A DNA stretch of 64,000 nt, from positions 676-64,675 of the forward strand of contig JAKBZO010000001.1 in the NCBI GenBank assembly GCA_021839985.1, in the 5' to 3' direction. The notes under the pieces were generated by a model. The model was not told the origin of the DNA, ran no database searches, and worked only from the letters and a program-made list of their open reading frames with translations. This stretch comes from a bacterium. GTDB lineage: Bacteria > Patescibacteriota > Minisyncoccia > Phycocordibacterales > SBAW01. Within the stretch, counting starts at the first letter, position 1. Each line of letters opens with the position of its first letter. The translations under genes were made by a program, and so were the position numbers. Shown here piece after piece: positions 43,698 to 53,828 of this stretch.

Positions 43698-44150
43698 GTG
43701 CAGACTATGTTTCCTACCACAACCAATCCCGGCGATGCTTTCATCATGATCGGCGGCGGAATCATACTCACGATCGGTGTCATGATGTTCTCCTCCCAAA
43801 TGGCGCTTTGGCAGAGACTCCTGAAGAGTGCCGTGGCGATCGCGGGGAGCTGCTTACTGTTCCTGCCGACCTTAACCGCCGCGACAAAAACGGTGAGCGC
43901 CGCAACCAATACCGTTCAGACACTGGTTTCGGTTTCCACGCTGGAACAAGGCGTCCCCTACGAGACGGTCTGCTCGGCAACTTGGAACGGCGTCGTCTAC
44001 ACGGTCGCCGATCCTGGCAGGATCGGCCTTCCGGTCGTCATGACCACGTCCTTGAGTAAGCAACCTCCGCCGTTCTTCATGCTCGACAACAAGAACCAGG
44101 TGGTGCCTCTCGCTCTCTCGTTACCTGTCGGCCCCGAGTCGGGTCGGTGA
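43698..44150 (+). CDS. Hypothetical membrane-anchored protein
   Basis: 150 aa with the TM segment FIMIGGGIILTIGVMMF. A TTGACG-17-TAGTCT promoter-like sequence lies at about 43640-43670. Confidence 0.4.
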   Translation: MQTMFPTTTNPGDAFIMIGGGIILTIGVMMFSSQMALWQRLLKSAVAIAGSCLLFLPTLTAATKTVSAATNTVQTLVSVSTLEQGVPYETVCSATWNGVVYTVADPGRIGLPVVMTTSLSKQPPPFFMLDNKNQVVPLALSLPVGPESGR

Positions 44151-44196
44151 CAGCACAGCAGATGTGCGAAACCGCAGGCATGCCTGCGGTTTTTTC

Positions 44197-44628
44197 TTAT
44201 TCAAAAATAACTTCGCGCTCATTCTCCTTTTCACCGTGCGCGAAGGTAAGCGCGATGTCGGGTTTGGGCAGCGCCCCTTCCACCCGCTCCGGCCACTCAA
44301 CACACACGATCACCCCCGGGTCCTGCAAAAATTCCTCCGGATGAAGCGCCGCGAACTGCGCCGCGCCGTCGAGACGATACGCGTCGATATGCACGAAGCT
44401 CATGAACTCGCCGAATTCGATCGGATATTTTTTCATCAGCGTGAACGTTGGACTTTTGATCGGCACTCCCGCGCCAAGCTCGCGCGCGAGCGCCTGCACG
44501 AAGGTCGTCTTCCCCGCGCCAAGCTCGCCGCGGAGCGTGACGAGAAACGCCATGCCGTCTTTTTTCACGGCGATGCGCGACGCGACATCGTGCGCAAAAC
44601 TCTGCAATTGGTCGAGTGCAATCTTCAT
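44197..44628 (-). CDS. tsaE: tRNA t6A biosynthesis ATPase TsaE (YjeE)
   Basis: Walker A GELGAGKTTF. The size and conserved residues are typical of TsaE. Confidence 0.8.
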   Translation of the reverse strand: MKIALDQLQSFAHDVASRIAVKKDGMAFLVTLRGELGAGKTTFVQALARELGAGVPIKSPTFTLMKKYPIEFGEFMSFVHIDAYRLDGAAQFAALHPEEFLQDPGVIVCVEWPERVEGALPKPDIALTFAHGEKENEREVIFE

Positions 44629-44700
44629 ACGCTTACTATAGCAGCGAGTTGTTCCGGTTTAAAGCTAGAAGCTGCAAGCCAAAAGCGGTAAGCTGTAGAT

Positions 44701-46383
44701 ATGCCGCAATTCGCCGATAGCGAAGAACTCAAGCGCCTGCAAGTACTACGCGACCGCGAGGCTGAAGAGCTCGCGCTCATTCTCTCGCAGAAGTATGGCG
44801 TCGACTACATCGATCTCTCGCTCGTGCCAACCAACACCGATGCACTGCGCCTCATTCCGGAGGAAGAAGCGCGCGACGCGAAGATCGCCGCATATGGCCG
44901 CGTCGGCAAACGCATCTCGGTCGCCGCGCATGAGCCGGAGAGCGCCAAGACGAAACTCGCGGTGCAAAAACTGCAAGACGCCGGCTACACCGTCACTCTC
45001 TTTATATGTTCTGAAGCCAGCCTCAAGCGCGCGTGGGATCATTATGCCGATCTCTCCTATGCGGTCGAGAGTCATGCCGGCATCTTCGATATCACCGGTG
45101 GCGACTTCGAACTGCTGCTCACGCAAGCAACCAGCACCGCGCGTATCGCAAGTCTCATGTCGGAAGCGATCTCGCTCAACCGCGCCTATCGCGTGACACG
45201 CCTTCTGCAGATCATGCTCGCCGGCGCGCTCACGATCAACGCATCCGACATCCACCTTGAGCCGGAGGAGAAAGCGGTGCGCCTGCGCTACCGCCTCGAC
45301 GGCGTCCTCGTCGACATTCTGCAGATCGATCCTGAAACATTCCATCTCATGCTTTCGCGTCTCAAGCTTCTCTCCGGTCTCAAGCTCAACGTCACGAACG
45401 CCGCGCAGGACGGCCGCTTCAGCATCAAAGTAAGCGACGAAGAGATCGAGATCCGCTCATCCGTGCTGCCCGGTTCCTACGGCGAGACCATGGTGATGCG
45501 CTTGCTCAATCCTAAGTCGATCAAAGTACCGCTTGAAAGCCTCGGCATGGAAGAAAAGTATCGCCTGCGCATCGAACACGAGATCGCAAAACCAAACGGC
45601 ATGATCCTCACGACCGGCCCGACAGGATCAGGCAAAACGACGACGCTCTATGCATTCTTGCGCAAGGTCAATAATCCCGAGTCGAAGATCATCACGATCG
45701 AAGACCCGATCGAATACCACCTCGAAGGCATCGTGCAGACGCAGGTCGAGACGGAGAAAGGCTACACTTTCGCGGCAGGTCTGCGCTCGGCACTGCGCCA
45801 AGACCCCGACATCATCATGGTCGGTGAAATTCGCGACGATGAAGTGGCAACGACCGCGATCAACGCCGCGCTCACGGGACACCTCGTCTTCTCGACACTT
45901 CACACCAACGATGCCGCCGGCGCGTTCCCTCGCCTCATCGATCTTGGTGTCAGTGAAAAGGTCTTGTCGTCATCAATAAACGTCGCGATGGCGCAGCGTC
46001 TCGTGCGCAAACTCTGCCCCGAGTGCCGCGTGCAGCGCCCCGCCACGGTGGATGAGCAGCGGCTGATCGATCGCACGCTCGCTGGCATCGTCGACCGCGC
46101 GCTCATCCCGCAGAATAAAACGCTCGTCTCCGACGCGCGCGAAGGCGGCTGCGAGAAATGCAACGGCCGCGGCTATAAAGGACGCCTCGGCATCTTCGAA
46201 GCGATCTTTATGGACCGCGCGATCGAAGACGTTCTCATCACCAAACCATCAGCGCGCGAGCTCTTCGACGCGGCGCGCCCGCAGGGCATGCCGTCCATGA
46301 CCGAAGACGGCATCCTCAAAGTTCTGCGCGGCATCACCTCGCTCGCCGAGCTCGGCCGCGTGGTCGACCTGCAAGCGCAGTAA
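44701..46383 (+). CDS. pilB: Type IV pilus assembly ATPase PilB / GspE-family secretion ATPase
   Basis: An N-terminal T2SSE_N domain, Walker A GPTGSGKTTT, Asp and His boxes, and the tetracysteine Zn motif CPECR...CEKCNGRGYKGRLGIFE. Confidence 0.85.
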   Translation: MPQFADSEELKRLQVLRDREAEELALILSQKYGVDYIDLSLVPTNTDALRLIPEEEARDAKIAAYGRVGKRISVAAHEPESAKTKLAVQKLQDAGYTVTLFICSEASLKRAWDHYADLSYAVESHAGIFDITGGDFELLLTQATSTARIASLMSEAISLNRAYRVTRLLQIMLAGALTINASDIHLEPEEKAVRLRYRLDGVLVDILQIDPETFHLMLSRLKLLSGLKLNVTNAAQDGRFSIKVSDEEIEIRSSVLPGSYGETMVMRLLNPKSIKVPLESLGMEEKYRLRIEHEIAKPNGMILTTGPTGSGKTTTLYAFLRKVNNPESKIITIEDPIEYHLEGIVQTQVETEKGYTFAAGLRSALRQDPDIIMVGEIRDDEVATTAINAALTGHLVFSTLHTNDAAGAFPRLIDLGVSEKVLSSSINVAMAQRLVRKLCPECRVQRPATVDEQRLIDRTLAGIVDRALIPQNKTLVSDAREGGCEKCNGRGYKGRLGIFEAIFMDRAIEDVLITKPSARELFDAARPQGMPSMTEDGILKVLRGITSLAELGRVVDLQAQ

Positions 46384-46522
46384 GTTCTAGGGTCACCTCA
46401 TGGAGCTCCGCACGCCTCCGCTCCGTTGACTCTCTCTCTTCTTTCCTCTACTGTATGCCGCAGATGTCTCGGTGGCTTCTTTTTTATGAAGCCGAGTTCT
46501 TCACAAACCAAGAGGAAAGATC

Positions 46523-47515
46523 ATGCTCACACTTTGCGGCGAGAAATACGGTTCGGCGTTCTGCGCCACCGGCGCGCGGGGCTTCTATGGCGAAGGATAC
46601 CCATTCCATCGCTATTGGAAACATCTCGGCATGGACTGGCACGGCACCAGCTTTTCGGGCAAGACGCTCACGCTCTTGCCGCGCCGCGGCCAAGAGTTCA
46701 AAGAAGAAGGTAACATGCCTCTTCGGGACGATGGCACCACGCCTAAGGAATTCGCGCCTAAGTGTATCTGGGTCGACTTCATGCGCGGCGAGATGGCGAA
46801 TGCCGTCGGCTTGTCCAACTTCGGAGCGGCGTTCTATCTCCAAAGCGGCGCGTACCACCGTATCACCCGGCCGTTCTTCATATCGTTCATGGCGGTAGCC
46901 GGCGACGTAAGCGGTCGCGAAGCAGAGCTGCGTGATTTTTGCAAGCTGCTCCGGCGGTATTTGCCTTTCCGTGCGTCGGTTGCGCTTCAGATGAACTACG
47001 GCTGTCCCAACAGCGGTCACGATCTCGGTGAATTCAAAGACGAGATCTGCACGCAGACGGAAACCGCCAAGTCGATGCTCGGCATACCGGTCGTCATCAA
47101 CTGCAATGCACTGATGCCGACTTCGATTCTCGTTGAGGTGTCGCGTGTTGCCGACGGCCTATGGGTGGGTAACACAATTCCGTTCTTCGGCACCGACCAG
47201 ATCGATTGGTCGCCGTACGGGAAAGTGTCGCCGATCAGACGACGCGGCATCGCGGCAGATGGAGGTCTTTCGAGCCCGACATGTCTTCCATTGACGATCT
47301 TGAAGGTGTGGGAGCTGCGCGAAAGCGGCGTTTCCATTCCGATCGTTGCCGGCAATGGCATTCGTACCGAAGCAGACATCGACGCATTATCGCTCGCGGA
47401 TGCTGTATTCATCGGTTCGCTTGCTGTGGTGCGACCGCATCACATGCAACGCGTCATCGATCACGCCAATCACATTCACCTGAGGAGCATGCGCAATGGA
47501 TACGACCTGTATTAA
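46523..47515 (+). CDS. Dihydroorotate dehydrogenase-family TIM-barrel flavoprotein (DHOD/DHPD-like)
   Basis: NYGCPN matches N-x-S-CPN, and ...[26 protein letters not shown] is the FMN-binding C-terminus. Adjacent to pyrC. Confidence 0.6.
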   Translation: MLTLCGEKYGSAFCATGARGFYGEGYPFHRYWKHLGMDWHGTSFSGKTLTLLPRRGQEFKEEGNMPLRDDGTTPKEFAPKCIWVDFMRGEMANAVGLSNFGAAFYLQSGAYHRITRPFFISFMAVAGDVSGREAELRDFCKLLRRYLPFRASVALQMNYGCPNSGHDLGEFKDEICTQTETAKSMLGIPVVINCNALMPTSILVEVSRVADGLWVGNTIPFFGTDQIDWSPYGKVSPIRRRGIAADGGLSSPTCLPLTILKVWELRESGVSIPIVAGNGIRTEADIDALSLADAVFIGSLAVVRPHHMQRVIDHANHIHLRSMRNGYDLY

Positions 47516-48569
47516 CCGCATCACCATCACCCGCCCGGACGACTGGCATCTGCATCTGCGCGACGGAGCTGCAATGAAAGATGTTGTGGCCCACAGCGCG
47601 GAGCGGTTCGGCAGGGCGCTGGTCATGCCGAATCTCAAGCCGCCAGTCGTGAGCGTCGGCCAAGCGTGGTCGTATCGAGAGCGGATCCTTGCGGCATTGC
47701 CGGATGATCCGCGCTTCGATCCGTACATGGCACTCTATCTCACCGACACTACGCCGGTGGACGAGATCAGGCGGGCAGCCATGGGGCCGCACATTCTCTC
47801 GTTCAAGCTTTACCCGGCAGGCGCAACCACCAACTCGGACGCTGGCGTGACCAACATCAACAAGATGCACGACCGGTTCGAGGCAATGGAGCGGTGGGAA
47901 GTGCCGCTGTGCGTGCACGGCGAAGTGACCGACCCATCAGTCGATATCTTCGATCGTGAGCTGGTGTTCATCGAGCGTGTCTTGGTGCCGCTCCGCAAGG
48001 AGCACCCGGCACTCAAGATCGTGCTTGAACACGTCACCACCAAGGATGGCGTCAATTTCGTCATCGACGAAGAGCGCCATCGCCATCCGACCGCAGCGAC
48101 GATCACAGCGCATAATCTGCTTCTCAATCGCAATGCGATCTTCCAGGGCGGCGTTCGCCCGCATCACTACTGCCTGCCAGTCCTCAAGCGCGAAGCTCAT
48201 CGTCAAGCGCTCCTGTGGGCAGCGACCCATGGCGGACCGCGGTTCTTCCTCGGCACCGACTCGGCGCCGCATGCGAAGAGTGCCAAGGAAGCGGCGTGCG
48301 GCTGCGCCGGATGTTTTACGGCGCACGCTGGCATCGAACTCTATGCGGAAGCATTCGCGCAAGTGAATGCGCTCGACAAGCTTGAAGCCTTCGCCTCCTT
48401 TCATGGCGCTGACTTCTATGGCCTTTCGCGCAATACGGGAACCATGACGCTTGTCCGAAAGCCATGGCTTGTGCCACCGTCCCATGAGTACGGAGAGAGT
48501 GAGGTGGTCGTCCCGCTCCGCGCCGGCGAATACATCTCTTGGTCGCTCGAAAGTCGCATGCATCCCTGA
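47496..48569 (+). CDS. pyrC: Dihydroorotase (type II, E. coli PyrC-like)
   Basis: [14 protein letters not shown] matches the PyrC N-terminal metal-binding motif. 357 aa. Confidence 0.85.
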   Translation: MDTTCINRITITRPDDWHLHLRDGAAMKDVVAHSAERFGRALVMPNLKPPVVSVGQAWSYRERILAALPDDPRFDPYMALYLTDTTPVDEIRRAAMGPHILSFKLYPAGATTNSDAGVTNINKMHDRFEAMERWEVPLCVHGEVTDPSVDIFDRELVFIERVLVPLRKEHPALKIVLEHVTTKDGVNFVIDEERHRHPTAATITAHNLLLNRNAIFQGGVRPHHYCLPVLKREAHRQALLWAATHGGPRFFLGTDSAPHAKSAKEAACGCAGCFTAHAGIELYAEAFAQVNALDKLEAFASFHGADFYGLSRNTGTMTLVRKPWLVPPSHEYGESEVVVPLRAGEYISWSLESRMHP

Positions 48570-48662
48570 TCCGCACGCAACAACTCGCGCTTCGCCCATA
48601 CGGCGGACCGCGAGTTTTTCTTTGCTAACCTGACTTGGTATTTTCGAGTTACAATTTGCGAT

Positions 48663-49154
48663 ATGACTTTTTCCGCTCATGCTGTAGCCGGTGGCGCACT
48701 TGCGCTCGCCATGCCGCATCATCCCGCGCTCGCTTTCGTGGCGGGAGCTGCTAGTCATTTTGCGCTTGATGCAACGCCGCATTGGAACTACCATCCACGC
48801 TCAGCTTCGATCGATCCCGAAGGAGCGGGTGTTGGGAAACCGGTCGTTTACGATCGCGACCTTGCGATAGACCTCTCGGTCATCGCGTTTGATGGAGTCC
48901 TCGGCCTCGTGCTCGCTTTTATCTTTTTTGCGACGCCTGCGACCTGGTTCGCGGTGATGTGCGGCGCTGTCGGCGGTATCGCGCCCGATGCATTACACCT
49001 TCTCTACTCCCGATGGCCGCATGAACCGATCGCGTTGATCAACAAATTGCATTGCCGCATGCAGTGGGACATCTTCGAACACAATACGATCGCCGGTATT
49101 TTTTCTCAGATCGCCATCATTACACTCGTCTTCGTCATCGCAAAGATGATCTGA
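48663..49154 (+). CDS. Hypothetical membrane protein
   Basis: 163 aa with two or three TM helices and a His-rich N-terminus. A terminator aaaagccgcgtaatgcggctttt follows at 49164-49186. Confidence 0.4.
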   Translation: MTFSAHAVAGGALALAMPHHPALAFVAGAASHFALDATPHWNYHPRSASIDPEGAGVGKPVVYDRDLAIDLSVIAFDGVLGLVLAFIFFATPATWFAVMCGAVGGIAPDALHLLYSRWPHEPIALINKLHCRMQWDIFEHNTIAGIFSQIAIITLVFVIAKMI

Positions 49155-49299
49155 TGGCAAAACAAAAGCCGCGTAATGCGGCTTTTGTTAGAACATGGCT
49201 CTAAGTTGGGTCAATATTGAATCACGAAGCCAAAAGAGTACAGTTATGGAAGTTATGTTTTCTTGCATGTTGTTCTTTGCGACTCGTTGATTCGAGACC

Positions 49300-49450
49300 G
49301 CATACCTCTAAGCAATACTCATTTCGATAAATCGAAAGTGGAAGACGGTTCTGAGGATAGCCCCCGCGGGAACAGTATAAAAACTGCTGCCGAAGCGTCC
49401 TTAAATCGGTCCCAAAACCAGGGTTGGCCGTATTGCTTAGAGATATGCTC
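49300..49450. ncRNA. Candidate structured ncRNA in an AT-rich intergenic region (13-bp closing helix ctctaagcaatac / gtattgcttagag around several internal hairpins)
   Basis: Internal hairpins are ttcgat-aa-atcgaa and cagt-ataaaa-actg, and GC-rich stems are present. No convincing ORF. About 80-220 nt upstream of ruvB. No match to RNase P, tmRNA or SRP cores was recognised. Confidence 0.2.
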
Positions 49451-49524
49451 CCTCGAACATTGAGTGCGATCTCCGTGAGTGAGTGTCGTAAGAACTGCTT
49501 AAAGGTTAGCATACTAAACAATCT

Positions 49525-50583
49525 ATGTCAAGCTCTTCACAAGACGGATTCGATGATGCGGAAAATATCGTTGTGCCACAAGGAGAAGCGGCGACTCCCT
49601 CCCCATCGCTCGACGCCACGCTGCGCCCTGCGGCATGGGACGAATACATCGGGCAAGAAAGCATCAAAAACAATTTGCATGTGCTCATCACCGCCGCGCG
49701 CGAGCGCCAGGTTCCGCCCGAACACGTCCTTTTTTATGGCCCGCCCGGCCTCGGCAAGACCACGCTCGCTCACCTCATCGCACACGAGCTCGACGGCAAC
49801 CTTCGCACCACCTCCGGACCTGCAATAGAGCGCGTCGGCGACTTGGCCGCGCTTCTCACCAACCTCTCGCCGCGCGATATTCTTTTCATCGACGAGATCC
49901 ATCGTCTGCCCCGAACGATAGAAGAGGTGCTCTACCCCGCGATGGAGTCGGGAGTGCTCAATATCATCATCGGAAAAGGGCCGAGCGCGCGTACGATCGA
50001 GCTGCCGCTGCCGCCGTTCACACTCATCGCCGCGACCACGCGCGTCGCCGACCTCTCCGCACCGCTTCGTTCTCGATTCTCCGGCGGCAGTTTCCGTTTG
50101 GAGTTCTATAGCGAAGACGACATCGCCGCGATCGTGCGGCGATCGGCGGCGATCCTTGGTGTTGAAATTGAAGAGGAGGCCGTCCGCGAGATCGCGCGGC
50201 GCGCGCGCTTCACCCCGCGTACCGCAAACTACTTGCTCAAGCGCGCGCGCGATTTCGCCCAGCTTAAACGCTCGCCGATCACGAAGCGGGTCGCCGCCGA
50301 GGCGCTCGGCATGCTTGAGGTGGATGAGCTCGGCCTCACTCCCACCGATCGCCGGCTTCTGGAAGTACTCATCGAGCGATTCGGCGGCGGCCCTGCGGGC
50401 GTTAGCGCGGTCGCCGCGGCGCTTGCTGAAGAGCCGAACACGCTTTCCGATGTCCACGAACCGTACCTGCTGCAGCTCGGTCTCATTGAGCGCACGCCAC
50501 GCGGGCGCGTCGCCACACAAAAAGCCTATGCCCATCTCGGCTTCGACACACCTGACGATCTCCAGGACAAACTGATCGGCTAG
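49525..50583 (+). CDS. ruvB: Holliday junction helicase RuvB
   Basis: An AAA+ domain with Walker A GPPGLGKTTLAHLIAHEL, sensor motifs, and a C-terminal winged helix. Confidence 0.9.
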   Translation: MSSSSQDGFDDAENIVVPQGEAATPSPSLDATLRPAAWDEYIGQESIKNNLHVLITAARERQVPPEHVLFYGPPGLGKTTLAHLIAHELDGNLRTTSGPAIERVGDLAALLTNLSPRDILFIDEIHRLPRTIEEVLYPAMESGVLNIIIGKGPSARTIELPLPPFTLIAATTRVADLSAPLRSRFSGGSFRLEFYSEDDIAAIVRRSAAILGVEIEEEAVREIARRARFTPRTANYLLKRARDFAQLKRSPITKRVAAEALGMLEVDELGLTPTDRRLLEVLIERFGGGPAGVSAVAAALAEEPNTLSDVHEPYLLQLGLIERTPRGRVATQKAYAHLGFDTPDDLQDKLIG

Positions 50584-50640
50584 AAGACAAAAAGAAAAAG
50601 CGCGGGTCTCTCCGCGCTTTTTGTCAGCTTTGCTGGCGGT

Positions 50641-50934
50641 CTAGTTGAATCTGCACTTTTTGCGAAGCGTGACCTCATTGACCATTCCCGCGACACGATC
50701 TTCAGCCTTCGGCGTGATCTCAACGACGATGTAGGGATACTCATGCTGAGCTTCCTCGTCCGCCACTTCGACCTCTTGTCCGACGGCGTTGATCAAGCCG
50801 CTTTTCAGCCAATCATCATCGCTAAGAACACAATGGAACGCCCTGCCTGTCTCATCCTGGAACGTCACGAGTGTTTGCATCTCTGCTCCCGTGGTTATGG
50901 TCTGCCCTGAATGAAATAGCAAAATGACACCCAT
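50641..50934 (-). CDS. Hypothetical small protein
   Basis: 97-aa ORF with no motifs recognised. Confidence 0.35.
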   Translation of the reverse strand: MGVILLFHSGQTITTGAEMQTLVTFQDETGRAFHCVLSDDDWLKSGLINAVGQEVEVADEEAQHEYPYIVVEITPKAEDRVAGMVNEVTLRKKCRFN

Positions 50935-51024
50935 GTCAAATGCATAGAAAAAAGTTTCGCGCTACAATGGATTTATCATATTTGGTTTCCTACCCCCTAC
51001 CAGCTAATACCTACCACCTAATTT

Positions 51025-51555
51025 ATGGCCGGTCATTCCAAGTGGGCAAAGCTCAAACATCAAAAAGCGATCACCGATGTTCGCAAGGCGAAGATCTTTT
51101 CTAAACTCTTGCGTGTGATATCGGTCGAAGCGAAGAAGGCGAAAGGTGACCGCACCGCGCCAAGTCTTCGCGCCGCCATCGACAAGGCGCGCGCTGCCAA
51201 CGTCCCCTCTGACAACATCGATCGCGCTGTCGATAAGGCGTCGGCAGCAGGCGGCGCGGAGCTCGAGCCCGTGCTCTACGAAGCGTACGGTCCTGCCGGC
51301 GTTGCGATCATCATCGAAGGCTACACCGACAACCGCAATCGCACGGTACAAGAACTCAAACATCTGCTTTCAAAGAATAATGGCGCACTTGCCAACCCGG
51401 GCGCCGCGATCTGGGCATTCACCAAGACCGATGAGGGGTATGAGGCAACCACGACCGTTGAACTCTCCGATGAGGATGGGGAGAAGCTTTCAAATTTGGT
51501 CGACGCGCTGGACGATCATGATGATGTCAGTGAGGTGTATACCAATGCGGCATAA
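51025..51555 (+). CDS. YebC/PmpR-family transcriptional regulator (short form)
   Basis: MAGHSKWAKLKHQKA is the family start motif. At 176 aa it is shorter than typical YebC proteins. Confidence 0.7.
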   Translation: MAGHSKWAKLKHQKAITDVRKAKIFSKLLRVISVEAKKAKGDRTAPSLRAAIDKARAANVPSDNIDRAVDKASAAGGAELEPVLYEAYGPAGVAIIIEGYTDNRNRTVQELKHLLSKNNGALANPGAAIWAFTKTDEGYEATTTVELSDEDGEKLSNLVDALDDHDDVSEVYTNAA

Positions 51556-51614
51556 TAATGTTGAACCACGCACATGCCGCATCTTTTCGAGATCTAAACA
51601 TTTTGTGGTGACCT

Positions 51615-52085
51615 ATGAAGATCCTTGCTTTCGATCCTGGCTTTGAGCGACTCGGTATTGCAGTGGTGGAGCGCGTAGGCGGTAAGGACGTGCTCATTCA
51701 TTCAGCATGCGTACAGACGCCGAAAGATATTCCCTTCCATGAGCGTCTGCGCATGCTCGGCACTGAGGTTGAGGCGGCTATCGCGCGATTCTCTCCGGAT
51801 GCGGTAGCGCTTGAGAATGTCTACTTCGAAAAGAATGCGAAGACTGCGATCAACGTTGCAGCGGTGCGAGGCGTCCTTGCCTACATAGCAGCCGTACACG
51901 ATCTGCCGCTCTATGAGTACACGCCGCTGCAGGTAAAGGTAGCGGTCACCGGTTATGGTAAGAGCGACAAGGCAGCGGTCGCCGCGATGGTGCCGCGGCT
52001 CGTGGCGCTCCCTGCGCGCAAGCGGCTTGACGACGAGTTCGACGCGATCGCGGTGGGGCTCACCTGCCTGGCGTCCGTTCGCTGA
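51615..52085 (+). CDS. ruvC: Holliday junction resolvase RuvC
   Basis: MKILAFDPGFERLGIAVV is followed by the catalytic acidic residues of the RNase H fold. Confidence 0.9.
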   Translation: MKILAFDPGFERLGIAVVERVGGKDVLIHSACVQTPKDIPFHERLRMLGTEVEAAIARFSPDAVALENVYFEKNAKTAINVAAVRGVLAYIAAVHDLPLYEYTPLQVKVAVTGYGKSDKAAVAAMVPRLVALPARKRLDDEFDAIAVGLTCLASVR

Positions 52086-52198
52086 ATTGCGCCGCCCGTG
52101 CATATCCACAGCCGGCGTTTCTGCGAGAGTTGCAAACTTTTTTTGGTTTGGTACAACAGTTGATGTACGTAAATTAAAAAGTTAATTGTTGTAGCGTT

Positions 52199-52366
52199 TA
52201 TGCGTGACGAGTTGGAAGAGGAACTTGAAGAGGGTGAATTCCCCAAGCATGGGCTTGCCGATGATGGCGACGATGCCGACTGGGACGATGGCGAGCTTGA
52301 TGACGAAAGCGAAGACCCGGTCCCCGGGGGCGAGGCGGAAGAGGAAGACGCGGACGAATTCATATA
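52199..52366 (+). CDS. Highly acidic 55-aa peptide (MRDELEEELEEGEFPKHGLADDGDDADWDDGELDDESEDPVPGGEAEEEDADEFI); hypothetical
   Basis: A hand-translated ORF followed immediately by the terminator hairpin aaaccgccggcgatatgccggcggtttt (52369-52396). It may be a real small protein or may be non-coding. Confidence 0.25.
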
Positions 52367-52454
52367 AGAAACCGCCGGCGATATGCCGGCGGTTTTGTTT
52401 TGGCAAAAGAAACGCCGCCGGGATCGCCGGCGGCGTTTGGTGCACACATCCGTT

Positions 52455-53273
52455 TCAGTCGCGCAGCAGTTCGTTGATGCCGGTCTTGCTGCGAGTCCGC
52501 TCGTCGACCGTCTTCACGATCACGGCGCAGGAGAGGCCGTGCGATCCATCCTTGGCGGGCAGACTGCCGGGGACGACCACCGAATAGGCCGGCACGCGGC
52601 CGTAGGTGATCTCACCTGTGGCACGATTGAGGATCTTGGTACTCTGGCTCAAGAAGACGCCCATGCTGAGGACCGCGCCCTTCTCGACGATGACGCCTTC
52701 CACGACTTCGCAGCGAGCGCTGATGAAGCAGCCGTCTTCGATGATGGTCGGATTGGCTTGGACCGGCTCGAGAACGCCACCGATGCCGACACCGCCGGCG
52801 AGGTGCACGTTCTTGCCGATCTGCGCACAAGAACCGACCGTCGCCCAGGTATCGACCATCGTGCCCTCGTCGACGTAGGCGCCGATGTTGACGTAGCTCG
52901 GCATCAGGATGACGTTCTTGCCGATGAAAGCGCCGTGGCGTGCAACGGCCGGCGGCACCACACGGAAGCCACCCTTCTGGAAGCTGTGCGTGTCGTACTT
53001 GGCGAACTTGGTTTGCACCTTGTCGAAATAGCGCATCGAGCCGCCGTCCATGAGGCAGTTGTCCTCGAGCCGGAACGACAGCAGTACGGCCTTCTTGATC
53101 CATTGGTGGGTGACCCATTCGCCGGCCATCTTATCCGCGACGCGCAGCGCGCCGGCGTCGAGGAGGTTGAGGGCCTCGTTTACCGCTTGCGTGAGTTGCG
53201 CCGGCGCGTGGCCGGGCTTGAGCTCCGCACGGATTTCCCAGGCTTCGTCAATGATGTGTTGCAGTTCTTGCAT
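52455..53273 (-). CDS. dapD: 2,3,4,5-tetrahydropyridine-2,6-dicarboxylate N-succinyltransferase
   Basis: Left-handed beta-helix hexapeptide repeats and a DapD N-terminal domain; [19 protein letters not shown] lies in the hexapeptide-repeat region. The terminator aaacgccgccgggatcgccggcggcgttt lies downstream. Confidence 0.85.
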   Translation of the reverse strand: MQELQHIIDEAWEIRAELKPGHAPAQLTQAVNEALNLLDAGALRVADKMAGEWVTHQWIKKAVLLSFRLEDNCLMDGGSMRYFDKVQTKFAKYDTHSFQKGGFRVVPPAVARHGAFIGKNVILMPSYVNIGAYVDEGTMVDTWATVGSCAQIGKNVHLAGGVGIGGVLEPVQANPTIIEDGCFISARCEVVEGVIVEKGAVLSMGVFLSQSTKILNRATGEITYGRVPAYSVVVPGSLPAKDGSHGLSCAVIVKTVDERTRSKTGINELLRD

Positions 53274-53285
53274 GCTGTTCTCCTT

Positions 53286-53702
53286 TCAGGAGATTGTGGC
53301 CGCCGTGTTGGCCGGCTTGAGGATGAGGAGTACTGCGACATGTTTGCCCGAAAGCAGCGAGCGCACTGTCGTGTGTTTCGTTTCAGCCTTCTCGGCGTCA
53401 TTGCAGATGGTATCGCCGAAGTACATGCGGGTGATTCCCCGCATCTTGTCGGTCACAGGGAACGGCGCGCGCTTGTTCTGTGTGTCGCAACCGTGCACGG
53501 CGTACGCCAGATACTGTAACAGGAGAGCGGACTTGTATTTACCCTCTCCTACATCGGTGCTACAAACGGCGCCGTCGGTCGAGATCGTGAAGCGGGCAAC
53601 CGGAACATCGGACTCGCGCGCGAGGCCGAAATACTCGACCAACTTCGCCGCATTCCCGGCAAGATCGTTCGCAACGAACACGCATGCCTTTTCTTCGTGC
53701 AT
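53286..53702 (-). CDS. Hypothetical protein (about 138 aa)
   Basis: The start was taken at MHEEKACVFVANDLAG. No confident family assignment. Confidence 0.4.
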   Translation of the reverse strand: MHEEKACVFVANDLAGNAAKLVEYFGLARESDVPVARFTISTDGAVCSTDVGEGKYKSALLLQYLAYAVHGCDTQNKRAPFPVTDKMRGITRMYFGDTICNDAEKAETKHTTVRSLLSGKHVAVLLILKPANTAATIS

Positions 53703-53828
53703 CAACTTCTCCTTCCTTGATGAGATGGGTGGTTTTGAAACGGATTGTGGTGAACAGATCCACACACACCATACGCCAAACCGCCTGCTGGCGCAAGCGA
53801 TTTCGTATCAGAAACCCATAGCTCGAGT

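Noticed and set aside
49222-49521. 99-aa minus-strand ORF and 66-aa plus-strand ORF in the AT-rich spacer before ruvB
   Set aside because: They have no start-codon context, no conserved-looking composition or motifs, and their opposite-strand overlap suggests that neither is coding. The region was treated as a candidate ncRNA instead.
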